NCBI GenBank assembly: GCA_014905635.1
Contig: JABVCE010000016.1
Location: 558,001-622,000 of the forward strand
Length of the DNA stretch: 64,000 nucleotides
Source of the DNA: Scenedesmus sp. PABB004
Taxonomy: Eukaryota
Reading direction: 5' to 3'
This document shows, piece by piece, positions 46,089-56,687 of the stretch; position 1 is the stretch's first letter; the number at the start of each line of letters is the position of its first letter. The notes beneath the pieces were generated by a model. That model worked only from the letters and a program-made list of their open reading frames with translations. It did no database searches and was not told where the DNA came from. Position numbers and translations under genes: made by a program.

Positions 46089-47800
46089 GGCCGGCACGGG
46101 GCGCATCGGGTCGTACTCGCCGCGGCCGCCGCCGCCGCGCCCCGGCTGCTGGCGGCCCCACATGAGCCGCAGGCGCACGCCCTTGACCGTGAGCTTGTTG
46201 TGCAGGCCCTCGGCCGCCGCCTCGGCGGCGGAGCGGTCGCGGAACTGCACAAACGCGCAGAAGCGGCTCGCGACCTTGCGCACGCCCGAGAGCTCGCCGT
46301 ACGCGCTGAACGGCATGCGCAGGTCGTCCTCGCTGATCTCCTGCGTCACGCCGCCAACGTACAGCGACGTGATGCTCCTGCGCGGGCGAGTGGGCAGCGG
46401 CGCGGCGAGCGGGCGAGCGGGGCGGTGGCGGGTGAGCGGGTGAGCGGGCGAGCGGGCGCGGGCGGTCGGGCGCGGGCGCCCCCGTCGCGCGCCGCCGCCG
46501 CCGCGCGCCGCGGCGCCGCACTTGTCCTCGGGCGGCTCGAGCTTGGGCGCGTCGCCGCCGCCGGTGAAGCGGCGCAGCATCTTGTTGGCGACGGGGTCGT
46601 TGATGCCATAGTAGCGGTCCTTGATGTTTTGCTCGCTCAGCTCGTCCTTGACCGGCATCTCGTGGCGGTACGGGCACTCCGCGCCGCGCGTGCACGCACC
46701 GCGCGCAAAGAACGAGCACAGCCGCGCTTGGTTGCGCTGCGCGGCGGGCAACGGCGGCGGGCGGCAGGCGGCGGGCGGCGGGCGCGTCGGCGTGCGAGCG
46801 GGGGAAAGGGCGGGGGCGGGGCGACGGGGCCGGGGCGCCGCCGCTGGTGCTGCCGCCGCGCGCTGGCGCGCCGCACCTTGTAGTAGGGCGAGGTGCGCTG
46901 GAGGCGCATGAGCATGTCGTTTGACGGCCCCGCGCGCCCGCCGTCGCCAAAGCTGCTCTCCGTCTGGCCGCGCGCGATCTGCTCGTTGAGCTGAAACTCC
47001 TTGCCGACGTCGCTCTCGGGGATGTCCTCGCGCTCGATGCCGAGCGCGGTGTCGCGCACCTGCACGGGCAGGCCGTAGTCCAGGTCAAACAGGCACACCT
47101 GGCGCGGGCGGGCGGGGCGGGGCGGGCGCCGCCTGTGAGCGAGGCGGTCGCCTGTTGGCGCCGAGCCTGCTGGCGCTGCGCCTGCCGCTGCTGCCCGCGC
47201 TCGCTGCTGCGCCTGCTGCCGCGGCCGTCGCCGACGCGGGCGCCGCGCGGCGCGCGCCTGGCAGACGTTCTTGGCCTTTGCGACCTCCTGGCAGATGATG
47301 GTCTTCTTGTAGCGCGCGTCGTTGCCGGGGCGCCACCGGAACACGGTGTAGGGCCGGCCCGAGATGTGGCACGTGCCGCCAAACTCGATCTGCGGCGCCC
47401 GCCGGGCGTGAGCGGCGGCAGCAGCAGCGGCGAGCGGCGCCGCGGGGCGGCGCGCGGCGCGGCGCGGCGCGGCGGCCCCGCGGCCGTGCGGAGCGGCAGG
47501 GGCCGTCGGCGGCGTGCCTCACCCGCTGCATGCGGACGTAGGGGTTGGGCCCCAGGCACGTCTCACAGACGATGGGAAAGTCGCTCCGCTCCTGGGCGGC
47601 ACACGGCGTCGCGCGGCGGGGGCGGGCGCGGTGCGGGAGCGGCGAGGCGCGCGTCAGCCCTGGGCGCCGCGGCAGGCCGGCGCGGGGCCTGGGCGGGCGC
47701 CCCGGGCGGCCGCATGGCATCATCTGCGCCCCGCGGCGCCGCCCGCGCCCGCCCGCACCCAGCCGTCCGCGTCCGGGTCCGCCAACGCTCTGGCCGCCAT
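45783..47800 (-). CDS. RBM22: Pre-mRNA splicing factor RBM22/Ecm2/Slt11. Five introns, one GC-AG (47099-47257).
   Basis: [54 protein letters not shown], CCCH finger, QNIKDRYYG.NDPVA, RRM SLYVGG. Confidence 0.95.
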
Positions 47801-48044
47801 GGTGGCTCCGCCTGGCGCGGCCGCCGCCTGGCGCGGCCGTGCTGCGTGGAGGTGGGGGCGCTGTCGCGAGGGCGTGGCTGGGCGAGAGCTCGGGCGGCGC
47901 TTGCGCGTGTGTGGGCAGCGCCGCGCCGCGGCGCGGCTTTGCGGCGCAGCGCCGCCGGCGCGGCGGCGGGCGCTCGAGACGCGGGCGCGCGCTTCTGCGG
48001 GTTGCCGGGTCACAGCGCACGCGCGCCGCCACGGTCCGCCGCGC

Positions 48045-49472
48045 TCAGAAGTTGAGCAGCACCTTGTCGGCCTCCACGCCCTCCGCGGCGACGAGCTCCT
48101 TGACCGCGTTGCACATCTCCTTCTGCCCGCACAGCACGACGCCGACGCCGTCGCCGCCGCCGAGGCCCTTGGCCGCGGCAAACACGTCCTGCACGTACTT
48201 CTCGCCCGCGCCGCCGTTGGAGAAGACCTGGCGCGGCGCGGCGCGGCGCGCGCTCGGGCGCCGGGCGGCGCCCGAGCCCGCAGCCGCACCGCGCCGCGCC
48301 GCGCGCGCCGGCCCGCGGCCCGCGCCGCCGCCGCACCTGCACGACCTTGACACCCGCGGCCTCCCACGCGGGGATGGCGCCCGCGTACGCGGTGTGGTCG
48401 GCGTCGCGCGTGCCGTAGTACAGGCGCACGTCCGACCGCTTGTCCGCCTCGAGCGCGCCGCTCTCGATGAGCGCTTTGATCGGGCTGATTCCAGAGCCTG
48501 GCGCCACCGCGGCGCAGCGCGGCGCGGCGCGTCAGCTGCGCGCGCCGCGGGCGCGCAGCTCGCGCTGCGCGCGGCGGCTGCGTCGCGGGCCCGCCGCCGC
48601 GGCCCCCGGCGCGGCGCGCGGGACCGGCGCGCGCCTGTCGCGAAGAGCAGCACGGTCGGCGTGGTCGCGGGCGGGATGCGGTCCACGGGGAAGCCCTTGC
48701 CCATCACGGGGCTCACCGCGACCTCGGCGCCCGCGCCCAGGCCTGCGGCGGCGGCGGCGGCGCGGCTCGCCCACGGCGACGCCTGCCGGCGCCGCGCGGC
48801 CGCCTGCCCGCCGCGCGCGGCCGCGGCCGCGCGGCGTGCGCGCCGCACCCGCGAGCGCCTCTGCGGCCTCGCCCTGGGCCTTGATGAGGAACTCCACCAG
48901 GCCCTGGTTGTTGGGGTCGGGCGGCGAAGCAATGGCAAAGAACCCGGGCTTGCCCTCGCCCACCTGGCGCGTGTGACAGTGCGGAAGTGTGGGCGGCGTG
49001 CCGAGCGCCTGAGCGGCGTGCGCGTGCGGGGAGGCGGCAGCACGGCGCGAGCACGGCGGGGCGCGGGGCGCGCCTTGATCTGCATGTACTGCCCGCCCGC
49101 GGTGTAGCCGGCCGCGAGGTCGCCCACGTCGACCACGACGGCGTGCAGCTGCTCCGCGACGCGCGTGTTGCTGACCACCTTGGCGGGCGTGAAGTCCACG
49201 GGCGCGCCCCAGCTCGCGCGCACGGCGAGCCGCGACGCGCGGCCGCGCGGCGCGGCGCGCCGCGGCGCCGCCGCCGCGGCGGACGCCGCGAAGCCCCGCG
49301 CGAAGCTGCCCGCCGGCGCGGCGTGCAGGCCGCTGGCCGCCGCGAGGACGGGCGCGACGCGCCCGCGGCGGAGCACGACCGCCGCCGCGGGGCGCGGCGC
49401 GGCAGCGGCGCCGCTGCCGAACGGCGCCGCCGCGCCGGCGCGGCGCAGCTGCTGGGCCTGCTGCATCTGCAT
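48045..49472 (-). CDS. Plastid FNR-like FAD/NAD(P)-binding oxidoreductase (pKIWI502-like). Four introns, two GC-AG (48964-49073, 48498-48634).
   Basis: Transit peptide, GQYMQIK, FFAIASPP, VMGKGF, FATGSGISPI, LYYG, YVQD, VLCGQK, terminal LLNF. Confidence 0.9.
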   Translation of the reverse strand: MQMQQAQQLRRAGAAAPFGSGAAAAPRPAAAVVLRRGRVAPVLAAASGLHAAPAGSFARGFAASAAAAAPRRAAPRGRASRLAVRASWGAPVDFTPAKVVSNTRVAEQLHAVVVDVGDLAAGYTAGGQYMQIKARPAPRRARAVLPPPRTRTPLRRSARRPHFRTVTRARWARASPGSLPLLRRPTPTTRAWWSSSSRPRARPQRRSRVRRARRAAAAARGGQAAARRRQASPWASRAAAAAAGLGAGAEVAVSPVMGKGFPVDRIPPATTPTVLLFATGARRSRAPRRGPRRRARDAAAARSASCAPAARAADAPRRAAPRWRQALESARSKRSSRAARSRRTSGRTCACTTARATPTTPRTRAPSPRGRPRVSRSCRCGGGAGRGPARAARRGAAAGSGAARRPSARRAAPRQVFSNGGAGEKYVQDVFAAAKGLGGGDGVGVVLCGQKEMCNAVKELVAAEGVEADKVLLNF

Positions 49473-49770
49473 CCTGGAGCGAGCGAGCGACCTGGGTCGT
49501 CCGCGGTCGCCAATTGCGCGCGCGGCGCGCGCGGGAGGGCGGAGGAGCTCAGCGATGATGCAGCAAGCGAACGCCTGCTGCTGCGGCTAGCGCGCGAGGC
49601 GCATTGCCCTGAAGGCGCAACCACGCGGTCCTGGGACCACTCCCAGCGCACCTGACGAGCGCTTGGAGCGGATTCAGCTTCGCTGGCGCGCTGGCAGCAG
49701 CGGCGGCAGCGCGTGCGTGCGCGCAGGCGCGTGCGGCGTGCGGCGTGCGGGGCGGGGCGCGCAGAACGGT

Positions 49771-52700
49771 TCACGCTGCCTTGAAGTGGCCCTCAAAAGC
49801 CGCGCGCGCCGCGACCGATGCGACCGCGGCGGCCGCCGTGACGGCGAACCCCGCTGCGAGCACCGCCAGCTCCACGCGCCGCGCCTCGCGCAGGTACAGG
49901 CGCAGCTCGGGCACGCCGGCGGGCCAGTCGCTCTCCGCCCACATGGGGTCGGGGGGCCAGCCCGCCGCGGCCGCCCAGGCGTCGGCCGCGTCGTCGACGC
50001 GCCAGCGCGCCGCCCAGAGGTCGCCGCAGTCGTCGCACGCGAAGCGCGTCGAGAAGGACGGAACGTAGCGCACGCTCGCGTTCACGCACGCGCCGAGGCC
50101 CGCGTCGCCGGCGCCGCCGCGCCAGCCGGCGCAGGCCAGGCCGTCGGCGCAGGGGCGGTCGTACGGGTCGCACGCCGCGCCCGGCGCGCCCGCGGCGGTG
50201 CCGAGCGCGAGGACGTTCCAGACAAAGCGTGGCAGGTTGGCCTTGCCGAGCGGGCCCTGCGCGCGGGCGGTCGGCGGTCGGCGGTCGGCGGTCGGCGGTC
50301 GGCGGTCGGCGGTCGGCGGTCGGCGGTCGGCGGTCGGCGGTCGGCGGTCGGCGGTCGGCGGTCGGCGGTCGGCGGTCGGCGGTCGGCGGTCGGCGGTCGG
50401 CGGTCGGCGGTCGGCGGTCGGCGGTCGGCGGTCGGCGGTCGGCGGTCGGCGGTCGGCGGTCGGCGCGGCGGTCGGCGCGGCGGCCGGCGCGGCGCGGCGC
50501 GGGCGCGGCGCGGCGCCGCGGCGCGCCTGCGTGGGCGGCAGGAACGGCAGCACGCCGACGTAGCCGCGCGGCGCGTAGCTGCGCGTGCGCGTGTCGCGGT
50601 CGTACGTGAAGTCCGGCGCCATGACCGCCGCCGCGGCGGGGCAGGCAAAGCCGGGCGCGGGCGCCGCGACGCAGGCGAGGTAGCCAGCCACCGCGGCGCT
50701 GAGGCTGGTCATGTTGATCTGCGGCGCGCGCCGGGCGGCGGGCAGGGCGGGCGGCGCGGCGGTCGCGTACGCTGTGCGCAGCGCGCAGCGTGCGCCACGC
50801 GCAGCGTGCGCAGCGTGCGCCGCGCGCGCCCCAAACGCACGTCGAGCGCGGCCGGGTCGCCGCCCGCGAGGCGGTGCACGCCGCCCGCGAGCACGGCGGC
50901 CGCCGCCGCGACGCCGGCGGGGCGCAGCGTGATCGCGTTGTCGAAGCGGCTGCTGAAGAAGGGATTGACAAAGCCCTCATCAAACTCGGCGAGCACCACG
51001 CCCTCGATGGCCGGCTTGGCGCGCAGGAAGGACATCAGCGACGAGGGAGGGATGCCCGGGTTGGCCGGCGACGCGCCGCGCACCTTGACCTGGCCGCCGC
51101 CGCGGCGGGAGAGGGTGGGAGAGGGCGGCGGGCGGGCGGCGGGCGGCGGGCGCGCCGCGCGCGGCGGGGCGGGGCGCGCAGAGCAGCGTGCAGCGGCGCG
51201 CACCTGCGCGACGGCCGCCTCGCATCCCGCCGCCGCCTGCAGCGCCGCGACGACGGCGCTCGCGTTGCCCCAGGCCGGGCCGCGCTGCGCGTGCGCGAAG
51301 AGCCGCGCGCCGCCGCCGTCGGCCGCGGGGCTGGCGGCCAGGCGGCCGACCTGCCCCACTTCAATGACCTGCGCGGCGGCAGCGGCACAGCGCGGCGCGG
51401 CGCTGAGCGGGCGGGCGCGCTGGGCGGCCGCCGTGGCGAGCCCCGGGCGCGCCGGCCGCGCCGCCGCGCCTGCTCCACGAGCGCCAGGTCGAGCCCCGCC
51501 GTGGCGTTGCTGCCCTGCGACGCCTCCCACAGCAGGCGCCGCGAGCCCATGTAGCCCCAGGGCTCGCCCGCGAGCGCGAGGAAGACCACGCGCCGCGTGT
51601 AGCCCGCGCCGGCGGCGCCGCGCAGCACTTGCAGCGCGCCCAGCAGCGCGACGAGGCCCGACAGCGGCGCGTCCGCGCCCTGCGGCGCGGCCGCGACGGC
51701 GGCGCGGAGTCGGCGGCCGGCGGCCGAGCGCCCGCGCGCGGGGCCTGGCGGCGGCGGCGGAACGGGGCGCCTGGCGCTGCTGCCAGGCGCACACACACAC
51801 CTGGATGCTATCGTGGAACATATCGATTCCATCCATCTGCGCCACCACCAGAATGATGGGCAGGCCGCCGCCGCCGCCGCCAGCACCGCCGCCGCCGGCG
51901 CCAGCGGGCGGCGCCTGCGGCGGCAGCGGCGGCAGCGCCGCCCACACGCTGTAGCCGCCCAGCGGCTTGCAGCTGCCGGCGGCGACGCACGCGCTCGAGT
52001 TGGGCGCGCCGCTCGCGCTCATGGTCAGGCGCAGCCGCGCGTGGTACTGCTTGCGGTTCGGGGCCTGCGCGGCGGCGGGGCCGACGGGCGCGCGGCGGCG
52101 TCGCGTGCTGCTCGCCCCTGGCGGGCTGGCCGGCGCCGCCGCGCCGGGGCGCCGCGCTGTGCCGCGCACCCCGCGCGCGTTGTAGGCGGCGCGCTGCCGC
52201 GCGTCAAACGCGAGCCCCGGCGCCAGCAGCAGCGCGGGCGCGGGCAGCCACGTGAGCGCAGAGGGGAACGCGGCGCCGCCCGCCGCCGCGTTCCAGGCGT
52301 AGCCGGGGGCGTCGTACGGCGCATACTCGGCGCCGGGGAAGGGACCCAAGCACGAGTAGGCCGGCGGCGGCTCTGCGCGGCATGGCGCGCGGCGTGCGTG
52401 GCGCCGCGGGCGCGCGGGCGGCTGCGCGGCGCCCGGCGGCGGCGCCCGCGCGCGGTTGGCGGCAGCGGACCTGTGTCGTCCACGAGCACGCCGCGCACGT
52501 GCTGCTGCAGCGCCGGCTCGGCCGCGAGGCGGCGCATGAGCGCCACGCTGTCGGCCACGGGCACGAGCACCACCACGTCGCCTGCGCGCGTGCGGCGGCG
52601 GGCGCGCGCAGTGTGGCTGGCGGGCCGTGCCCTCGCCCGCGCCGGGCGCCGCCGCGCGCGCGCGCCGCCGCTCACGCGTCAGCGGCGAGGGCAGGTCCGC

Positions 52701-53158
52701 GTACGCCAGCAGCGGCGCGTCCACGGGCGCGTTGTCGTCGGGCGAGCCTGCAGCGCGCGGGCGGCGGCGGCGCCGCCGCCGCGCCGCCCGGGTCGGGGGC
52801 GGCAGAGAGAGAAGGCCGCGCGCCGGCGGCGGCGCCTGCGCACCCTCGCTGCCGACGCGGCCGGTGGAGTTCAGCAGCATGTACGCCCCGCCGGAGCCCG
52901 CCTGGCGGCGGTACATCTCCGCCGCCAGGCCCTGCATGCTCGTCACAGACCCGAGCTCTGCGCCGCGCGGGCGCGTGGGCGCGGGGCGTGGCTGCGACGG
53001 AAACGCGACGGCGCGGCCAGAGGCGCTCGCGGCGGCGGCGGCGGCGGCCGCGCACCGTCCAGCGACTTGGCCGCCGCGCACGCGAGCGCCGCCGCGGCGC
53101 CGAGCAACAGCGCGGCGCAGCGCGGGCGCCCGTCGCCGCCGCCGCGCGGCCGCGCCAT
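49771..53158 (-). CDS. NCSTN: Nicastrin (gamma-secretase subunit). About 10 introns, two GC-AG (51369-51469, 50257-50526).
   Basis: Signal peptide, CKPLGGYSVW, GADAPLSGLVALL, GEPWGYMGSRRL, IEVGQVG, GIPPSSLMSFL, NPFFSSRFD, and WAESDW before the C-terminal TM segment. Confidence 0.92.
50266..50461. repeat. Perfect (GGCGGTC)x28 tandem repeat inside the last nicastrin intron
   Basis: 196 nt divided by 7 gives 28 uninterrupted copies. Confidence 0.95.
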
Positions 53159-53480
53159 GGCTGTCTGCGGCCGCCGGCCTAGCAGCGCGGGCCCGGGCGG
53201 GCGGGGCGCCGCATGGGCGCTGCACGCGGCGGCGACAGCGGCAACAGCGGCGACAGCGGCGGCAGCCGCGGGCGATCGCTCGCCTTGGTGTTGTGAGCTG
53301 CGGCGGCGTGCGTGGCAGCGTGGAGTGACGGTCGCCGACTGGGAGCGGCAGAACCGACGGCTGCGGCTCAGCCGCTGAGCCGCAGCGGCGCAGTCGTCAC
53401 GGACGAGCGCACGAACGCGCACTCCGCGCGCGCACTCCGTATTCTCTTCAGGCGGTCGGCCCAGAGCCGCCGCGACGCCG

Positions 53481-56400
53481 ATGGCGCCGTCCCCCGCCAC
53501 GCCCGCCGGCGCGTCGCACGCGCTCGGCGCGGCGGCGCGCGCCGCTGTCCCGCCGGCCGAGCTCGCGGGCGCGTGCGCGGAGCTCGCGGCGTGCGGCGCC
53601 CTCAGCCGCGTGGCCCTGGCCGCGGGGCTGCGGTCCGCGGGGCCGCCGTCGCTGCCGCCGCCGGGGCTGGTCGGCCTGGCCGCGGCGCTCGCGCGCTCGG
53701 CCGGCGACGGCGCGGCGCTGGCGCTCCTGCGCGATCTGTGCCCCGCGCCGGAGGACGCGTGCGCCGCCATCGCCGCCGCCTGCAGCGCGCGCGACACCAC
53801 GCGCGAGCTGCTCGCAGGCTTCGACGGCGGCGACGGCGGCGGCGCGCCGGCGCTCGCGCCGCCTGCCGTCCGGGTGCTGCGGGCGGTGCTGGGCGCGGCG
53901 CTCGCCCCCGCGCCCCCGCCCGCCGGCGTGGCCTGGGGCGGCGCCCTGGCGGACGAGCGCGCCGCCGACGCGCGGCGCTTCGCCGAGCGCGTGGCGGCGC
54001 GCCTCGCGGAGGCCGCCGCGCACGATGCTGCGCTGAATGAGTGCCTGTGGCGCGCGGCCGACGGAGCGGCGGCGGCCGTCGGTCGCGACGCGGTGGCCGC
54101 CTGGGCGGCGCGCCAGCTGCGCGCGCTGCTGGAGGCAGCGCCGCCGCCGGGCCCGCGGACGGCGCCCGGCGACGACGACGATGACGGCTGCGACGCGTGG
54201 GCCGCGCTCGCGCTGCAGCAGAGCTCCTGGGCGCGCTGCGTGATGCCGCACGCGCTGCGCTGGCTGCGGCTGGCGCCGCTGCTGGCGCTGCTGCGCGGCA
54301 GCGTTTCGGGCGCGGCCGCGTCGGCGCAGGGCCTGCTGCGCCTGGCCGACGCGCTGGAGGGGCTGCGCGCGTGCGGGCCGCGCGCGGACGCGGCGGTGCG
54401 CGGCATGGTGAGAGACCGGGGGGCTCAACGCCGCGCCGCGCCGTGGCGGCCGTGCGACGCGCGCGGCGCGGCACCGCCCGCGCGCGCCACACCCGCGCGC
54501 CGCCGCCGCCCGCAGCTCGCGGCGTCGCTGGCCGACGGCCTGAGGGACGGGCAGCCCGCGGCGCTGCTGCCGCCGCTGCTGCTTGCGCAGCGCGCGCTCA
54601 GCGGCGACGAGTACGGCGCGGCGCTTGCGGCGGCGGCCGCTGGGCTTCCAACCGACGCGGCCGGCGCCTCGGCCGGCTGGGCCTGCCTCCTGGACGCCCT
54701 CAGCCTGACGCTGCCGGGCGCGGAGCTGGGCCTGGTGCAGGTGCGCGGCGCGCCGGCGGCGCGGGGCGCGGGCGCGAACCGCGGTGCCCCACGCACCCGC
54801 TCCGCTCGCCCCCGCGCGCAGGCGCACCTGCAGCTGCTGAAGCAGCTCGGCCACGCCGCCGCCAGCGCGGGGCTGCTGCGCCAGCGCATCGCTGCCACGC
54901 TGGATCTGCTGCAGGACGCGGCGCAGGGGCTCCGCCGGCAGGCGGCGGCGCAGCCGGGCGCGCAGGAGCCGCAGTGAGCGCGCCGCGCGCGCGCTCTGCC
55001 CCGCGCGCGCACGCGCTTCCCGCGCGCGCGCGCGCGCCCCGGGCCGCGGCCGCCCGCCGACCGCACGCGCCGCCCCCCGCCGCGCCGCTTGCAGCGCCAG
55101 GCTCAGCGCGGGCTTCCAGAACCTGCTGCGCCAGTTTGAGTCGGCGGCCGCGCCCGTCAACGGCCGCCGCCGGCTCACGCAGCCCGCGGCGGCGCAGTGG
55201 CGCATGCAGCGCGGCCACGTCGCCGCGTTTGCCGACGCGATCTCGCTCAACCCGCCCGAGTCGGCGCACGAGGCGCGCCTGCGCTGGGAGTACCTCCAGG
55301 CGCTGCAGGACATCGCGCTGCTGCCGCTGGGGCAGTTTGAAAAGTTCTTCGGCACGTGCGCGTCGTGCGGCATCGACGCCGCCGCGATCACCGACCCCGC
55401 GGCGTCCGCGCGGGGCGCCGCCGCGGAGGGGCCGCAGCAGACGCTGCGGCGCCTGCTCGCCCAGTGCGTGGCGCGGCCATGGGCGCGGCGGCGCGGCGCG
55501 TGGCGGCGGCGGCGCGCGGCGCGGCCACGGCCGCCCACGAGCCGGCGGTCCCGCCCGCCGCACGCAGGCTGCCGGGCGTCGTGGGCAGCCAGCAGGCCCT
55601 CGCGACGCAGAGCCTGCTGCGTGGCATCGGGCAGCAGGTGGAGGCGGCGCTGGCCGAGCTCGCGGCCGAGCGCGCCGCCAAGCGGCCGCGCGCCACGGCC
55701 GCGGGGAGCGGCGACGGCGGCGGCGCCGGCGGCGGCGGGGGCGGGGGCGGCGACGCCGCGAGCGCGGCGGTCGCGGAGCTGGTGGGCGCGCTGCTGGGGG
55801 CGTATGCGGCCGCGCTGGACGAGCCCCGCGGCGGCCGCGGCCTCGAGTGGCGGCTCGGCTTCCTGCGCCTGCTGCAGGGCGCGGCCGCGCTGCACGGCGC
55901 GCTGCTGACGCACCTCGCGGCGGGCATGTGCGGCGCGCTGCCGGGCTGCACCACCAAGCACGCCGCCGCGCACGGGCGCCTCGCGGCGCTGATGGCGGCG
56001 TCCCGGCCCGGCCAGCTGCTCGTCGTCGCGCCCGGCAGCGCCGGGGCGTCGCGCAGCGCGACGCGGCGCTGCCGGTGTTTTGTTGGCGCGCCGACGGCGG
56101 GCCGCCGCTGCGCGGCTGCGCCGTGGTGCAGGCCCTCCTCGGCCGCCTGCGCCTCGGCGACAGCAGCCACGCCGCGTGCTGCGCGGCGGCGTTCGTGGTC
56201 GGCTTCGCGGCCCAGGTGCAGCAGCTCGGGCGCTGGTGCGGCGGCCCGTGCGGGCCCTTTGGCGGCACGGCGGCGGCCAGCGGTGCGGCGGCGGGGGCGC
56301 CTGAACTGGTTGGCTACGTGCCATGGCAGCTCGTCGGCCTGCTGCGCGGCCTCGCGGCGCGGCTGGCGGGCCATGCGGCCGCCGCCGACGGCGGCAGCGC

Positions 56401-56509
56401 GCCGGACGCCGACGCTGTGGCCGTCGCGCAGCAGTGCCACAGGGTCTGCACGTCCACGCTCGCCGGCAGCCAGGTGCTGCTGTGGGCGCGCGAGCAGGCG
56501 CGCGCGTGA
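53481..56509 (+). CDS. Alpha-helical protein, tentatively FANCA-like. Introns at 54408-54515, 54741-54821, 54974-55094 and 55465-55567; apparent frameshift near 56044.
   Basis: Leu/Ala-rich solenoid-like exons with colinear similarity, from memory, to the FANCA N-terminal region. Confidence 0.45.
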
Positions 56510-56687
56510 GCCGTGAACCGCGGAGAGGGCAAGTGCATGCGGCCGAGGGAGGGCTCTCTCGCGCAAGAATTACCCCCGTCCGCGGGCAGCCTCGGTGACT
56601 GCGCCGCGCTCTCGCAGGCCACGCGCTCGCCTGAAGGGACCGAGCCGTCCACGCGCGCGCTCCGACAGCCGCCCCCGGCCCGGCCGC

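Noticed and set aside
50266..50461. Repeat array as a CRISPR or a PTADRRP repeat protein
   Set aside because: It has no spacers and lies wholly within a nicastrin intron.
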